A stretch of DNA of 57,510 nt from the NCBI GenBank assembly GCA_021813645.1, contig JAKAJW010000158.1, forward strand, positions 1 through 57,510, written 5' to 3'. Below are positions 37,838-47,932 of the stretch, one piece after another. The stretch comes from Pseudomonadota bacterium. GTDB lineage: Bacteria; Pseudomonadota; Alphaproteobacteria; Rhodobacterales; Rhodobacteraceae. Numbering within the stretch: the stretch's first letter is position 1; each line of letters opens with the position of its first letter. Under the pieces are notes generated by a model, which did not search any database, was not told the DNA's origin, and was given only the letters and a program-made list of their open reading frames with translations. A program made the position numbers and the translations under genes.

Positions 37838-39432
37838 GACACGATCCTTTCGGCGATCTGCTCGGCAGTCAGCCCATGCCGGCGGGCGAGGAAGATGGCG
37901 AAGGCGTTGCCGTCGGCGGGTTTGCGGATGATCTTGAAGGTGCGCTCGACCGGGTTCTCCGGAACGACCGTGCTGGCGCAACTGACCACTGTCGGACCCA
38001 AGCGCGAAATCTCGTCCAGGAAGGTCACGCAGACGCAGATCAGGTCGCGTTCAATGATTTGCGTCATCACCTTGGTGGCCAGTTCCACCGCATCGGTCAG
38101 CGAGGTCGAGGCAAAGATCTCATTTATGATCACCACGCTGTCCGATGTGGCGGCCTGAAGGATCTCGTGGATGCGAAACACCTCGTCCTCCAGCTTGCCG
38201 CGCTGGGTGGCCACGGTTTCCTCGCGCTCGAAATGGGTGAAGAGCCGGTCGAAGAGAAACAGCCGTGCCGAGGCGCCGGGGACCGGGCAGCCCAAGGCCG
38301 CCAGATAATGAAGCTGGCCCACCATGCGCGCGAAGGTGGTCTTGCCGCCCTGATTGGGACCGGTGATGACGATGACACGCTCTGGCCCGTCCAAATGAAA
38401 GTCGTTGGTGACGATTGCCGTTCCCGCCGCCACCATCTTGTGGGCCAGGGCGATGTCGAACGTGGCCTCGACGCTTTCAGTCTTGTCGGTCCGCGAAAGC
38501 TTGGGCGTGCAGACGGGCAATCCTGCCTGCCGCAGCGGTGCGAGATAGGCCGACCAGGCGAGGTAGAACTGGATCTCGCGGTCGAACCGCAGGATCACCG
38601 GGTCGATGAACGCGGACCAGGTTTCAGCGAAGGAGGACAGTCGGGCGAAGGGTTCGGGGAAAAGCAGGGCGACGCGGTCGAGGATTCCGGATTCCACATG
38701 GTTCATCTCTGCCATCTCGGGGAATTTCCAGTCGCGGCCCTTGCCGGCGCGCTGGCGGAATTTCTCGAAGGTGCGTGTCACGATGTCGCTGTAATCCCCG
38801 CTTTCGTTGTAGCGGCTCACGCGCACCGTGCCGGCCCCGATCAGCAGGCTGTAGCGCAGGCTTGCCATCGCGCCGCGCACCGCGGTCGCCTCGGCGCACA
38901 GCGTTGTGAACCGCGACCCGGCGACGTGGTCCGACAACCAGGCACCGAAGGCCGTCAGCCCGCGCGATGTCGGCTTCGCCGACGCAAGGTCGGCCGACAG
39001 GGCAGAGACGACGGCGACGTAATCTTCGGCGGCAGCGACCAGACCGGCCTGCTTCTGGCGAACGTAATAGAATTTGCCGGTGCGCGTCAGGGTTTCGCGC
39101 ACTTTGCGCATGCGCTCCGCGAAGGACAGCAGTGCCTGATACACAGGCGCGGCCTCAAGGTCGCGGAACACCTCGTGCCGCCAGGCCAAGGCATCGAGAT
39201 CTCGCAGGGGCTGATGGAAGAACGCCTCCAGCGCGTATTCCGTGAAGCCCGAAATGGCCTGCTTCACGATCTGATCGAGGTTCAGATCGTGAAAACAGTC
39301 CGGCTGCAGCGGGGGCGGCGATTGCAGCAGATCCTTCGGACCGAAGAGAATGCTGGAAAATCCCTCGGCAGAACCCGCGGCCGACATCGGAACGACCGGG
39401 CTAGCCAGATCCGAACTGTCTTTCCGATCCAT
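37834..39432 (-). CDS. MutS-related ATPase A (domain V; no mismatch-binding or Smr domain recognised)
   Basis: 532 aa; FHDLNLDQI, ITGPNQGGKTTFAR, FTHFEREE, GKLEDE, IINEIFASTS; ATGA coupling to B. Confidence 0.88.
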   Translation of the reverse strand: MDRKDSSDLASPVVPMSAAGSAEGFSSILFGPKDLLQSPPPLQPDCFHDLNLDQIVKQAISGFTEYALEAFFHQPLRDLDALAWRHEVFRDLEAAPVYQALLSFAERMRKVRETLTRTGKFYYVRQKQAGLVAAAEDYVAVVSALSADLASAKPTSRGLTAFGAWLSDHVAGSRFTTLCAEATAVRGAMASLRYSLLIGAGTVRVSRYNESGDYSDIVTRTFEKFRQRAGKGRDWKFPEMAEMNHVESGILDRVALLFPEPFARLSSFAETWSAFIDPVILRFDREIQFYLAWSAYLAPLRQAGLPVCTPKLSRTDKTESVEATFDIALAHKMVAAGTAIVTNDFHLDGPERVIVITGPNQGGKTTFARMVGQLHYLAALGCPVPGASARLFLFDRLFTHFEREETVATQRGKLEDEVFRIHEILQAATSDSVVIINEIFASTSLTDAVELATKVMTQIIERDLICVCVTFLDEISRLGPTVVSCASTVVPENPVERTFKIIRKPADGNAFAIFLARRHGLTAEQIAERIVS

Positions 39433-39505
39433 CTCACTGACCCCCACTGTCCGGTCCGAATGCCCGGATGGATTTGGGCAGCTTGCGCAAGCCCAAGTGG
39501 AAACG

Positions 39506-39551
39506 TCAGGAGTCATCAGCCAAGACGGCGGTTGTGGGGAACCCCATCCCC
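39506..39551 (-). ncRNA. fluoride riboswitch (crcB motif) 3
   Basis: Minus strand GGGGA-TGGGGT-TCCCC-ACAACC-GCC-GTCTT-GGC-TGATGACTCCTGA. Confidence 0.93.
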
Positions 39552-39560
39552 GTCAACCAG

Positions 39561-39588
39561 AGATTGGAGTGTTCCGTCTCAATGTCAA
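39561..39588 (-). promoter_or_regulatory. sigma70-like promoter for riboswitch 3
   Basis: Minus strand TTGACA-N16-CAATCT just upstream of the aptamer. Confidence 0.55.
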
Positions 39589-39862
39589 GCGGGGAAGGTT
39601 CGTTGCGTGCTGATTACCAAAAGGCCAGCTTTGCGCCGTCACCGACAAGCAAGGCACGGGCATGCAGGGTGAAGCCCGTGACGATGGCCGATCGCCAGAG
39701 AAGGTTCGACCGCAGTCCCTTTCCCTCCGCCAATCAGCCCTTTTTCCTTCTCCTGTCGCCGAAGATGTGCCGGTTCCTGCGCTTGGCCTTGGCGTGGCTG
39801 GGGTCCTGGCGCGGCTGGGGCCGTGCCGTGCAGGGGGGGGCAGCTTCGGCTCGATTCTCAAT

Positions 39863-39904
39863 TTGACAGAACTGGAACGTTCTAATAAAAACTGGAACGT
39901 TCCA
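39863..39904 (+). promoter_or_regulatory. sugar operon promoter with tandem LacI-type operators
   Basis: TTGACA at 39863; TGGAACGTTCTA (39873-39884) and perfect palindrome TGGAACGTTCCA (39893-39904), 20 bp apart. Confidence 0.8.
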
Positions 39905-39926
39905 CATTCCGGGGGGAGGAATCAGT

Positions 39927-40922
39927 ATGCGGTGGGGTCTCGCGGGGGCGAGCACGATTGCGGCCGAGCACATGATCCCGGCCTTCCGGGCGCATGGCGA
40001 CGAGATCGCATGGGTGGCCAGCGGCAATCCGGACCGCGCGCGGCGCTACGCCGCCGAGCATGGCATCGGCCGGGGCTACGGCGCGCTGGACGAGGCGCTG
40101 GCCGCGGGCGGCGTCGACGCGCTCTACATCTCCTCGACGAACGAGAAGCATGCGCCCCAGGCGCTCGCCGCCATCGCCGCCGGTGTGCATGTCCTGTGTG
40201 AGAAGCCGCTCTCCATTTCGGTGGACGAGGCCGCCGGGATGGTGGCGGCGGCCGAGCGGGCGGGCCTGGTCTTCGCCACCAACCATCACCTGCGCTGCGC
40301 GGGCAGCCATCGGGCGATCCGCGAGTTGATCGCCTCCGGCGCGGTCGGCCGGGTGTTGTCGCTGCGCGTGCATCACGCGGTGTATCTGCCGCCGCATCTG
40401 CAGGGCTGGCGCATCAACGATGCCGGGGCCGGGGGCGGGGTGATCCCCGACATCACCGTGCATGACGCCGACACCGTGCGTTTTCTGCTGGGCGAGGACC
40501 CGGTCGCGGTGGTGGCGCTCGACGGCACCTCGGGCCTGGGCGAGGGGGTCGAGGATTCCGTCATGTCGGTCTGGGCCATGCCCTCGGGCGCGATGGTCAC
40601 CGCGCATGAGAGCTTCACCCATCCCTTCGCCGGCAGCGGGCTCGAGGTGCATGGCACCGCGGGCTCGATCTTCGCGCGCGGGGTGATGACGCAGCGGCCG
40701 GTCGGCGAGATCGAGCTGGTGACGGCCGAGGGGCGCCGGCCGGTCTCCTTCTCCGGCCACAATCTCTATGTCGAAGGCGTCCGGATGTTCCGCGAGGCCG
40801 TCGCGGGCCAGGGCCAGCCGGCGGCCAGCGGGGCGGACGGCATCAAGTCGCTGACGGTGGCGCTCGCGGTGCGCGCGGCGGCGCGCAGCGGGCAGCGCGT
40901 TTCAGTCGAGTACGGAGCATGA
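39927..40922 (+). CDS. afr: Gfo/Idh/MocA oxidoreductase, 1,5-anhydro-D-fructose reductase-like
   Basis: WGLAGASTIA, HVLCEKP, TNHHLR, HHAVYLPPHLQGWR, DITVHDAD. Confidence 0.8.
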   Translation: MRWGLAGASTIAAEHMIPAFRAHGDEIAWVASGNPDRARRYAAEHGIGRGYGALDEALAAGGVDALYISSTNEKHAPQALAAIAAGVHVLCEKPLSISVDEAAGMVAAAERAGLVFATNHHLRCAGSHRAIRELIASGAVGRVLSLRVHHAVYLPPHLQGWRINDAGAGGGVIPDITVHDADTVRFLLGEDPVAVVALDGTSGLGEGVEDSVMSVWAMPSGAMVTAHESFTHPFAGSGLEVHGTAGSIFARGVMTQRPVGEIELVTAEGRRPVSFSGHNLYVEGVRMFREAVAGQGQPAASGADGIKSLTVALAVRAAARSGQRVSVEYGA

Positions 40923-42496
40923 CGATGGGCAAGGTCGTTTCGCCAGAGGAGGCCGCGCGCCGCATCCCCGACGGGGCGGTGATCACGGTCTCGTCTTCCT
41001 CCGCGCTCGGCTGCCCGGACCGCATGTTGCGGGCGATCGGCGAGCGGTTCGACCAAGAGGGGCATCCGCGCGATCTGACCGCGCTGCACCCGATCGCGGC
41101 GGGCGACATGTATGGCGTCAAGGGCGTCGACCACATCGCCAAGGACGGGCTGCTGGCGCGGATCCTGGCCGGCTCGTATCCTTCGGGCCCGTCGAGCCTG
41201 CCGATGCCGGAAATCTGGAAGATGGTCGTCGAGGACCGCGTTGCGGCCTATAACGTGCCCTCGGGCATCCTGTTCGACATGCACCGCGAGGCGGCGGCGC
41301 GGCGGCCCGGCGTGCTGACCAAGGTCGGGCTGGAGACCTTCGCCGACCCGATCCGGGAAGGCTGCGCGATGAACGCCCGCGGCGCCGCCCGGCCGATCGT
41401 TCGCCGGGTGGAGTTCGACGGCGAGACCTGGCTGCATTTCCCGAACATCCAGCCCGATGTCTGCATCCTGCGGGCCACCACCGCCGACGAGCGCGGCAAC
41501 CTGACCTACGAACACGAGGGCGCCTATCTCGGCGGGCTGGAGCAGGCCATCGCCACGCGCAACCACGGCGGCCTGGTCATCGCCCAGGTCAAGCGGGTCA
41601 CCGCCGCCGGATCGCTGCGGCCGCATGACGTGCGGGTGCCGGCGCATCTGGTCGATCTGATCGTGGTCGATCCCGATCAGAAGCAGACCTGCGAGACGCC
41701 CTACGATCCGGCGATCTCGGGTCAGGTCATGCGGCCCTGGTCGAGCTTCCATCTGGCTGAGCATGGGGTGGAGAAGGTCATCGCCCGCCGCGCGGCGCTG
41801 GAGCTGAAGGCGGGGATGACGGCCAATCTCGGCTTCGGCATCTCGGCCATCGTGCCGCGCATCCTGCTGGAGGAAGGCGCGCCGCAGGCGGTGACCTGGG
41901 CCATCGAGCAGGGCGCAGTGGGCGGCATGCCCTTGACCGGTTTCGCCTTCGGCTGCGCGTCGAACGCCGACGCCTATGTGCCCTCGCCGCAGCAGTTCAT
42001 CTACTTCCAGGGCGCCGGCTTCGACATGTCGTTCCTGTCGTTCCTCGAGGTCGACGTCGAAGGCAACGTGAATGTCTCGAAGCTCGGCAAGAAGCCCTAT
42101 CTGACGGCCGGCTGCGGCGGCTTCGTGGACATCACCGCCCATGCGCGGGAGATCGTCTTCTCCGGCTGGTTCGAGGCCGGGGCGGAGGTCGAGCTGGGCG
42201 AGGTCGGGCTGACGGTGAAGAAGCCCGGCAAATTCGCCAAATTCGTCGACAAGGTCGAGCATGTCACCTTCTCCGGCCGGCGCGCGCGCGCGCAGGGCCA
42301 GGTGATCCTCTACGTCACCGAGCGCTGCGTGGTGCGGCTGACCGAGACCGGCCTTGTCGCGACGGAGATCATGCCCGGGATCGTGCCGGAGCGGGACATC
42401 GTCGCCGCTTCGCAGGGCCGGGTGCAGATTGCGCCCGATGCCAAGGCGATGCCGCTGAGCCTGCTGAAGCGCGCGCCGATGGGGTGGCAGCCATGA
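40919..42496 (+). CDS. acyl-CoA:acetate/3-ketoacid CoA transferase (fused alpha/beta)
   Basis: TTADERGNL, ANLGFGI, IEQG, GNVNVSK, GCGGFVDIT, YVTERCV. Confidence 0.9.
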   Translation: MTMGKVVSPEEAARRIPDGAVITVSSSSALGCPDRMLRAIGERFDQEGHPRDLTALHPIAAGDMYGVKGVDHIAKDGLLARILAGSYPSGPSSLPMPEIWKMVVEDRVAAYNVPSGILFDMHREAAARRPGVLTKVGLETFADPIREGCAMNARGAARPIVRRVEFDGETWLHFPNIQPDVCILRATTADERGNLTYEHEGAYLGGLEQAIATRNHGGLVIAQVKRVTAAGSLRPHDVRVPAHLVDLIVVDPDQKQTCETPYDPAISGQVMRPWSSFHLAEHGVEKVIARRAALELKAGMTANLGFGISAIVPRILLEEGAPQAVTWAIEQGAVGGMPLTGFAFGCASNADAYVPSPQQFIYFQGAGFDMSFLSFLEVDVEGNVNVSKLGKKPYLTAGCGGFVDITAHAREIVFSGWFEAGAEVELGEVGLTVKKPGKFAKFVDKVEHVTFSGRRARAQGQVILYVTERCVVRLTETGLVATEIMPGIVPERDIVAASQGRVQIAPDAKAMPLSLLKRAPMGWQP

Positions 42497-43260
42497 GCCA
42501 GATCCGCATGCATCTGCGCGGGCCGGTGGCCGAGCTCAGGCTCGACAACCCGTCCAAGCTGAACGCCTTCACGGTCGAGATGCTGCGCCAGCTCGCCGAG
42601 TTCTGCGACACGCTCGACCGGCGCACGGATGTGCGGCTGGTGCTGGTGACAGCGGAGGGCGAGCGCGCCTTCTGCGCCGGCGCGGACATCACCGCCTGGG
42701 GCGGGCTGTCGCCGGCGGAATTCGCCCGCCACTGGGTGCGCGACGGCCACCGCATCTTCGACCGGCTGGCGCGCCTGTCGAAGCCGACCGTCGCGGCGAT
42801 CTCCGGCCATGCCTTCGGCGGCGGGCTGGAGCTGGCCGCGGCCTGCGACCTGCGGGTGATGGCGCCGAAGGCCACGCTGGCGCTGCCGGAAGCCGGGGTT
42901 GGGATCGTGCCCGGATGGTCGGGCACGCAGCGGCTGGCCCGGCTGATCCCGGAGCCGATGCTGAAGGAAATGGCGCTGTTCGGCCGCCGTCTGACGGCCG
43001 AGCGGGCGCTGGCCTGCGGCTTCGTGGCCGAAGTCGCGGAAGATGCCAGGGCCGCCGCCGAGGCCTTGGCCGAGCGTATCGTCGCCAGCTCGCCGCGCTC
43101 GATCGAGATCAGCAAGGCGATGATCCACGCCGCCGTCGGCGAGGATCGCGGCGCCTCGGTCGAGATGCTCGGCTCGGGCATGATTGCGGCGACGGAAGAC
43201 CGCGCCGAGGGCGTCACCGCGTTCCGCGAGAAGCGCAAACCAGAATTTCCAGGGACTTGA
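42493..43260 (+). CDS. enoyl-CoA hydratase/isomerase
   Basis: AFCAGADI, AFGGGLELA..CDLR, LPEAGVGIVPGW.GTQRL. Confidence 0.92.
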   Translation: MSQIRMHLRGPVAELRLDNPSKLNAFTVEMLRQLAEFCDTLDRRTDVRLVLVTAEGERAFCAGADITAWGGLSPAEFARHWVRDGHRIFDRLARLSKPTVAAISGHAFGGGLELAAACDLRVMAPKATLALPEAGVGIVPGWSGTQRLARLIPEPMLKEMALFGRRLTAERALACGFVAEVAEDARAAAEALAERIVASSPRSIEISKAMIHAAVGEDRGASVEMLGSGMIAATEDRAEGVTAFREKRKPEFPGT

Positions 43261-43262
43261 GC

Positions 43263-44786
43263 ATGACCGAACTTACCCTCATCGCCGCCTTTGAAGCCGT
43301 GGATCATGGCGCCTTCGAAGGCCGCCACCTGATCGGCGGCGCCTGGCGGGGCAGCGAAGACGGGGCGACCTTCGACCGGCTCTCGCCCTCGCATGGCATT
43401 CTGGTGAGCCGTTCCGCGCAGGGCGGGGCGCAGGAGACCGAAGCGGCCATTCAGGCCGCCCGGGCCGCCTTCGACAGCGGCATCTGGAGCCAGGCGACCG
43501 GCAAGAGCCGCGCCGCTGTGCTGCTGAAGGTCGCCGAGTTGATCGAGCGGGACGCCGAGAAGATGGCCCGGCTGGAGACGCTGGAAACCGGCAAGCCGAT
43601 CACCCAGGCCCTGGGCGAGGTGTCCGGCGCGGCCGATCTGTGGCGCTACGCGGCGGCGCTGGCCCGGACGATGCATGGCGACAGCCACAACACGCTGGGG
43701 CCGGACATGCTGGGCGTGGTGCTGAAGGAGCCGATCGGCGTCGTCTCGATCATCACGCCGTGGAATTTCCCGTTCTGGATCCTTAGCCAGAAGCTGCCCT
43801 TCGCACTGGCCGCGGGCTGCACCTGTGTGGTCAAGCCGTCCGAACTCACCCCCTCGACCACGGTGATGCTGGGCGAGCTGCTGATCGAGGCCGGGCTGCC
43901 GGCCGGGGTGGTGAACATCGTGCTGGGCTACGGCAAGCCGGTGGGCGCGCTGATGGCGGAGCATCCGGCGGTGGACATGATCACCTTCACCGGCTCGACC
44001 GCCGTCGGCCGGTCGATCGCGGCGGCCGCCGCGGGCACGCTGAAGAAGGTGGCGCTGGAGCTGGGTGGCAAGAACCCGCAGGTGATCTTCCCGGACGCCA
44101 ACCTCGACGACGCGGCCGATGCGATCACCTTCGGCATCTACTTCAACGCCGGCGAATGCTGCAATTCGGGCAGCCGGATCATCGTCCACGAGGATGTCGC
44201 CGAGGCGATCGTCGAGCGGGTCGTCGCCCTCTCGCGCAAGGTGGCCTTCGGCGACCCGCTGCATCCCGAGACGCAGGTTGGCGCCATCGTTTCGAAGGCG
44301 CATCAGCAGAAGATCGACGGCTATGTGCGCGAGGCGGTCGCTGCCGGCGCCCAGGTTCGCCTCGGCGGGGCGGCGCTGCAGATCGAGGGGCTGCCGGGGG
44401 AGTTCTATCAGCCCACCGTCGTCTCCGGCGTGACCCCCGACATGGCGATCGCGCGCGAGGAGGTGTTCGGCCCGGTGCTTTCGGTGCTGACCTTCCGCAG
44501 CCTCGACGAGGCCGTGGCGCTGGCCAATGACGCCGCCTATGGCCTGTCGGCCGGGGTGTGGAGCGAGAACGTGCATACCTGTCTCGATTTCGCGCGCCGG
44601 GCGCAGGCCGGGACCGTCTGGACCAACACCTGGATGGACGGCTTCCCCGAACTGACCTTCGGCGGCATGAAGCAGAGCGGGCTCGGCCGCGAGATCGGGC
44701 CTTACGGATTGGAGGAGTTTCTCGAGGTGAAAACGGTCGCGATGCGGATCGGCCGCACGCGGGCGCCTTGGGTAAAGACCCGCTGA
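43263..44786 (+). CDS. NAD(P)-dependent aldehyde dehydrogenase (sorbosone-dehydrogenase-like)
   Basis: [30 protein letters not shown]. Confidence 0.92.
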   Translation: MTELTLIAAFEAVDHGAFEGRHLIGGAWRGSEDGATFDRLSPSHGILVSRSAQGGAQETEAAIQAARAAFDSGIWSQATGKSRAAVLLKVAELIERDAEKMARLETLETGKPITQALGEVSGAADLWRYAAALARTMHGDSHNTLGPDMLGVVLKEPIGVVSIITPWNFPFWILSQKLPFALAAGCTCVVKPSELTPSTTVMLGELLIEAGLPAGVVNIVLGYGKPVGALMAEHPAVDMITFTGSTAVGRSIAAAAAGTLKKVALELGGKNPQVIFPDANLDDAADAITFGIYFNAGECCNSGSRIIVHEDVAEAIVERVVALSRKVAFGDPLHPETQVGAIVSKAHQQKIDGYVREAVAAGAQVRLGGAALQIEGLPGEFYQPTVVSGVTPDMAIAREEVFGPVLSVLTFRSLDEAVALANDAAYGLSAGVWSENVHTCLDFARRAQAGTVWTNTWMDGFPELTFGGMKQSGLGREIGPYGLEEFLEVKTVAMRIGRTRAPWVKTR

Positions 44787-44835
44787 CGGAGCGTCGGCGG
44801 CTGGACGGACTACGCAAACAAATGGGAGGAACTTG

Positions 44836-46089
44836 ATGCGTGGCTATCTTGGCAAGACTATGAAGGCGGTTGCCGTCCTCGCGCTCACCACCGGTGTGGC
44901 GCGCGCGGAGGGCAGCGTGGAAGTGCTGCACTGGTGGACGTCGGGCGGCGAGGCCGCGGCGCTCAACGTGCTGAAGCAGGACCTGCAGAAGGAAGGCATC
45001 TCCTGGAAGGACATGCCGGTCGCCGGCGGCGGCGGCGAGCAGGCGATGACGGTGCTGCGGGCGCGGGTGACCGCGGGCGACCCGCCGACGGCCGTGCAGA
45101 TGCTCGGCTATGACATCCTCGACTGGGCCAAGCAGGGCGTGCTGGCCAATCTCGACGCCGTGGCCAAGAAGGACAACTGGGACGCGGTCGTGCCCGACGC
45201 GATCAAGAAGTTCTCCAAGTATGACGGCCACTGGATCGCCGTTCCGGTCGATGTCCACTCGACCAACTGGGTCTGGGCCAACAAGCACGTGCTCGACAGC
45301 CTCGGCATCGCCCAGCCGAAGACCTGGGACGATTTCATCGCCGCCATGCAGAAGGTGAAGGACGCGGGCAAGATCGCGCTCGCCATGGGCGGCCAGCCCT
45401 GGCAGGAAGCCACGATGTTCGACGGCGTGGTGCTGTCGGTCGGCGGGCCCGAGTTCTACAAGAAGGCCTTCATCGACCTCGACCCGGCCGCGCTCGGCGG
45501 GCCGCAGATGGTCGAGGCCTTCAAGCGGATGGGCCAGCTGCGCAGCTTCGTCGACCCGAACTTCTCGGGCCGCGACTGGAACCTGGCCTCGGCCATGGTC
45601 ATCAAGGGCGACGCCGCCTTCCAGATGATGGGCGACTGGGCCAAGGGCGAGTTCCTGCGCGCGAACCAGAAGCCAGGCGTCGATTTCGAATGCTTCCGCA
45701 CCCCGGGCACCGAAGGCGACGTAACCTTCAACTCCGACCAGTTCGTGATGTTCAAGGTCGGCAAGGCGCAGCAGCCGGCGCAGGACGCGATGGCCGAGGC
45801 GGTGATGTCGCCGGCCTTCCAATCCTCGTTCAACGTGGTGAAGGGCTCGGTTCCGGCCCGGACCGACGTGCCGGACACCGCCTTCGACGCCTGCGGCAAG
45901 ATGGCCATGGCGCAGCTGAAGGCGGCCGACAAGAACGGCACGCTGCTGGGCTCGATGGCGCATGGCCATGCCAATCCGGCGGCGGTGAAGAACGCGATCT
46001 ACGACGTGGTGACCGCGAACTTCAACGGCCAGTACAGCGCCGAGCAGGCCGCCAAGGAACTGGTCAAGGCCGTGGCGCTGGCGCAGTAA
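44836..46089 (+). CDS. sugar ABC transporter substrate-binding protein (glucose/mannose-type)
   Basis: Signal peptide; [25 protein letters not shown]. Confidence 0.92.
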   Translation: MRGYLGKTMKAVAVLALTTGVARAEGSVEVLHWWTSGGEAAALNVLKQDLQKEGISWKDMPVAGGGGEQAMTVLRARVTAGDPPTAVQMLGYDILDWAKQGVLANLDAVAKKDNWDAVVPDAIKKFSKYDGHWIAVPVDVHSTNWVWANKHVLDSLGIAQPKTWDDFIAAMQKVKDAGKIALAMGGQPWQEATMFDGVVLSVGGPEFYKKAFIDLDPAALGGPQMVEAFKRMGQLRSFVDPNFSGRDWNLASAMVIKGDAAFQMMGDWAKGEFLRANQKPGVDFECFRTPGTEGDVTFNSDQFVMFKVGKAQQPAQDAMAEAVMSPAFQSSFNVVKGSVPARTDVPDTAFDACGKMAMAQLKAADKNGTLLGSMAHGHANPAAVKNAIYDVVTANFNGQYSAEQAAKELVKAVALAQ

Positions 46090-46097
46090 TCCAGCCA

Positions 46098-46124
46098 TGG
46101 GGGCCGGCCGCGCGCCGGCCCCCA
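46098..46124 (+). terminator. GC-rich stem-loop after the binding-protein gene (mRNA stabiliser or attenuator)
   Basis: GGGGCCGGC-cgcgc-GCCGGCCCC with no U tract. Confidence 0.45.
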
Positions 46125-46152
46125 CCCAACGCAGGTATCAAGGGAGGAAGCC

Positions 46153-47046
46153 GTGGCCCGCTCGACCGCGATCGACATGCGCACCCGGCTGCAGGAATGG
46201 ATCCCGAAGATCGTGCTGGCGCCCTCGGTCGCCACGACGCTGATCTTCGTCTATGGCTTCATCCTGTTCACCGTCTATCTCTCGTTCACGAACAGCAAGA
46301 TCCTGCCGACCTACGGTTGGGTGGGCTGGCACAACTACTGGCGGCTGTTCCAGCTGCCGATGTGGAGTGTGGCGCTTGAGAACCTGGCGATCTTCGCCTC
46401 GCTCTACATCGCGATCTGCATCGCGATCGGGCTGGGGCTGGCGATCTTCCTGGATCAGAAGATCCGGGGCGAGGGCATGCTGCGGCCGATCTTCCTCTAT
46501 CCGATGGCGCTCAGCTTCATCGTGACCGGCACCGCCTGGAAGTGGCTGCTCGACCCCGGCATCGGCATCGAGCACACGCTGCACCTTTGGGGCTGGACCA
46601 GCTTCCACTTCACCTGGATCAAGGACTCGAACTACGCGATCTATTGCGTGGTGCTGGCGGCGGTCTGGCAGACCTCGGGCTTCGTCATGGCAATGTTCCT
46701 GGCCGGGCTGCGCGGGATCGACAACGAGATCCTGAAGGCCGCGCAGATGGACGGCGCCTCGAACTGGAATCTCTACCGGCGGATCATCATTCCGCAGCTG
46801 CGGCCGGCGTTCCTGTCCGCCTTCGTGATCCTCGCTCACCTGGCGATCAAGTCCTACGATCTCGTCGTGGCGCTGACCGGCGGGGGCCCGGGCTGGGCGA
46901 CCCAGTTGCCCGCGACCTTCATGTATTCCTACACCTTCACCCGCAACGAGATGGGCGTCGGGGCCTCGTCTGCCGTGATCATGCTGATGATGATCGCCGC
47001 GATCATGATCCCCTACCTCTACGCCGAATTGAAGGAGCCGAAGTGA
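46153..47046 (+). CDS. sugar ABC permease
   Basis: EAA-like loop ILKAAQMDGA; multiple TM segments. Confidence 0.92.
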   Translation: MARSTAIDMRTRLQEWIPKIVLAPSVATTLIFVYGFILFTVYLSFTNSKILPTYGWVGWHNYWRLFQLPMWSVALENLAIFASLYIAICIAIGLGLAIFLDQKIRGEGMLRPIFLYPMALSFIVTGTAWKWLLDPGIGIEHTLHLWGWTSFHFTWIKDSNYAIYCVVLAAVWQTSGFVMAMFLAGLRGIDNEILKAAQMDGASNWNLYRRIIIPQLRPAFLSAFVILAHLAIKSYDLVVALTGGGPGWATQLPATFMYSYTFTRNEMGVGASSAVIMLMMIAAIMIPYLYAELKEPK

Positions 47047-47927
47047 TGTCCGCCGCGACCCCGGGAAATGCGGTCAGCACCGGCCGGTTCACCCGCGTGC
47101 TGATCTATGTGACGCTGCTGATCTTCGCGCTGTTCTATCTGCTGCCGCTCGCCGTGATGCTGCTCAACTCGGTCAAGCCGCTGAGCGAGATCACCGGCGG
47201 CAACATGATGGCGCTGCCGAAGGTCTGGACGATCAAGCCCTGGCTCGAGGCCTGGTCCACCGCCCAGATCGGCGTGCAGCCGACCGGCCTGCGGCCTTAT
47301 TTCATCAACTCGATCGAGATCGTGGTGCCGGCGGTGGTGATCTCGACGGTGCTGGGGGCGCTGAACGGCTATGTGCTGACCAAGTGGCGGTTTCGCGGCG
47401 CCCAGGTCCTGTTCGGGCTGATGCTGTTCTCCTGCTTCATCCCGTTCCAGATCGTGCTGATCCCGATGGCGCGGGTGCTGGGCCTGCTCGGCCTGGCCGG
47501 CACCGTGCCGGGGCTGATCCTGGTTCATGTCGTCTATGGGATCGGCTTCACCACGCTCTATTTCCGCAACTACTATGCGGCCTTCCCGACCGAGTTGGTG
47601 CGGGCTGCGCAGATCGATGGCGCGGGGTTCTTCCGCATCTTCTGGCGCATTCTGCTGCCGCTGTCGGGGCCGATCATCGTGGTCTCGGTGATCTGGCAAT
47701 TCACCAATATCTGGAACGACTTCCTGTTCGGCTCCTCGTTCGCGGGCCAGGCCAGCCAGCCGATTACGGTGGCCCTCAACAACCTGGTGCAGAGTTCCAC
47801 CGGGGTGAAGGCCTACAACGTCCATTTCGCGGGGGCGATCTACGCGGCGCTGCCCACACTCGTCGTCTACATCGTCTCGGGCCGGTTCTTCGTGCGCGGC
47901 CTGATGGCGGGATCGGTCAAGGGATAA
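47046..47927 (+). CDS. sugar ABC permease
   Basis: ELVRAAQIDGAG, WNDFLF, GLMAGSVKG; TGATG coupling. Confidence 0.92.
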   Translation: MSAATPGNAVSTGRFTRVLIYVTLLIFALFYLLPLAVMLLNSVKPLSEITGGNMMALPKVWTIKPWLEAWSTAQIGVQPTGLRPYFINSIEIVVPAVVISTVLGALNGYVLTKWRFRGAQVLFGLMLFSCFIPFQIVLIPMARVLGLLGLAGTVPGLILVHVVYGIGFTTLYFRNYYAAFPTELVRAAQIDGAGFFRIFWRILLPLSGPIIVVSVIWQFTNIWNDFLFGSSFAGQASQPITVALNNLVQSSTGVKAYNVHFAGAIYAALPTLVVYIVSGRFFVRGLMAGSVKG

Positions 47928-47932
47928 TTGCC

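Noticed and set aside
36275-39432. Calling the pair mutS or mutS2
   Set aside because: Too short, no mismatch-binding or Smr domain recognised, non-canonical Walker B, and no mutL nearby.
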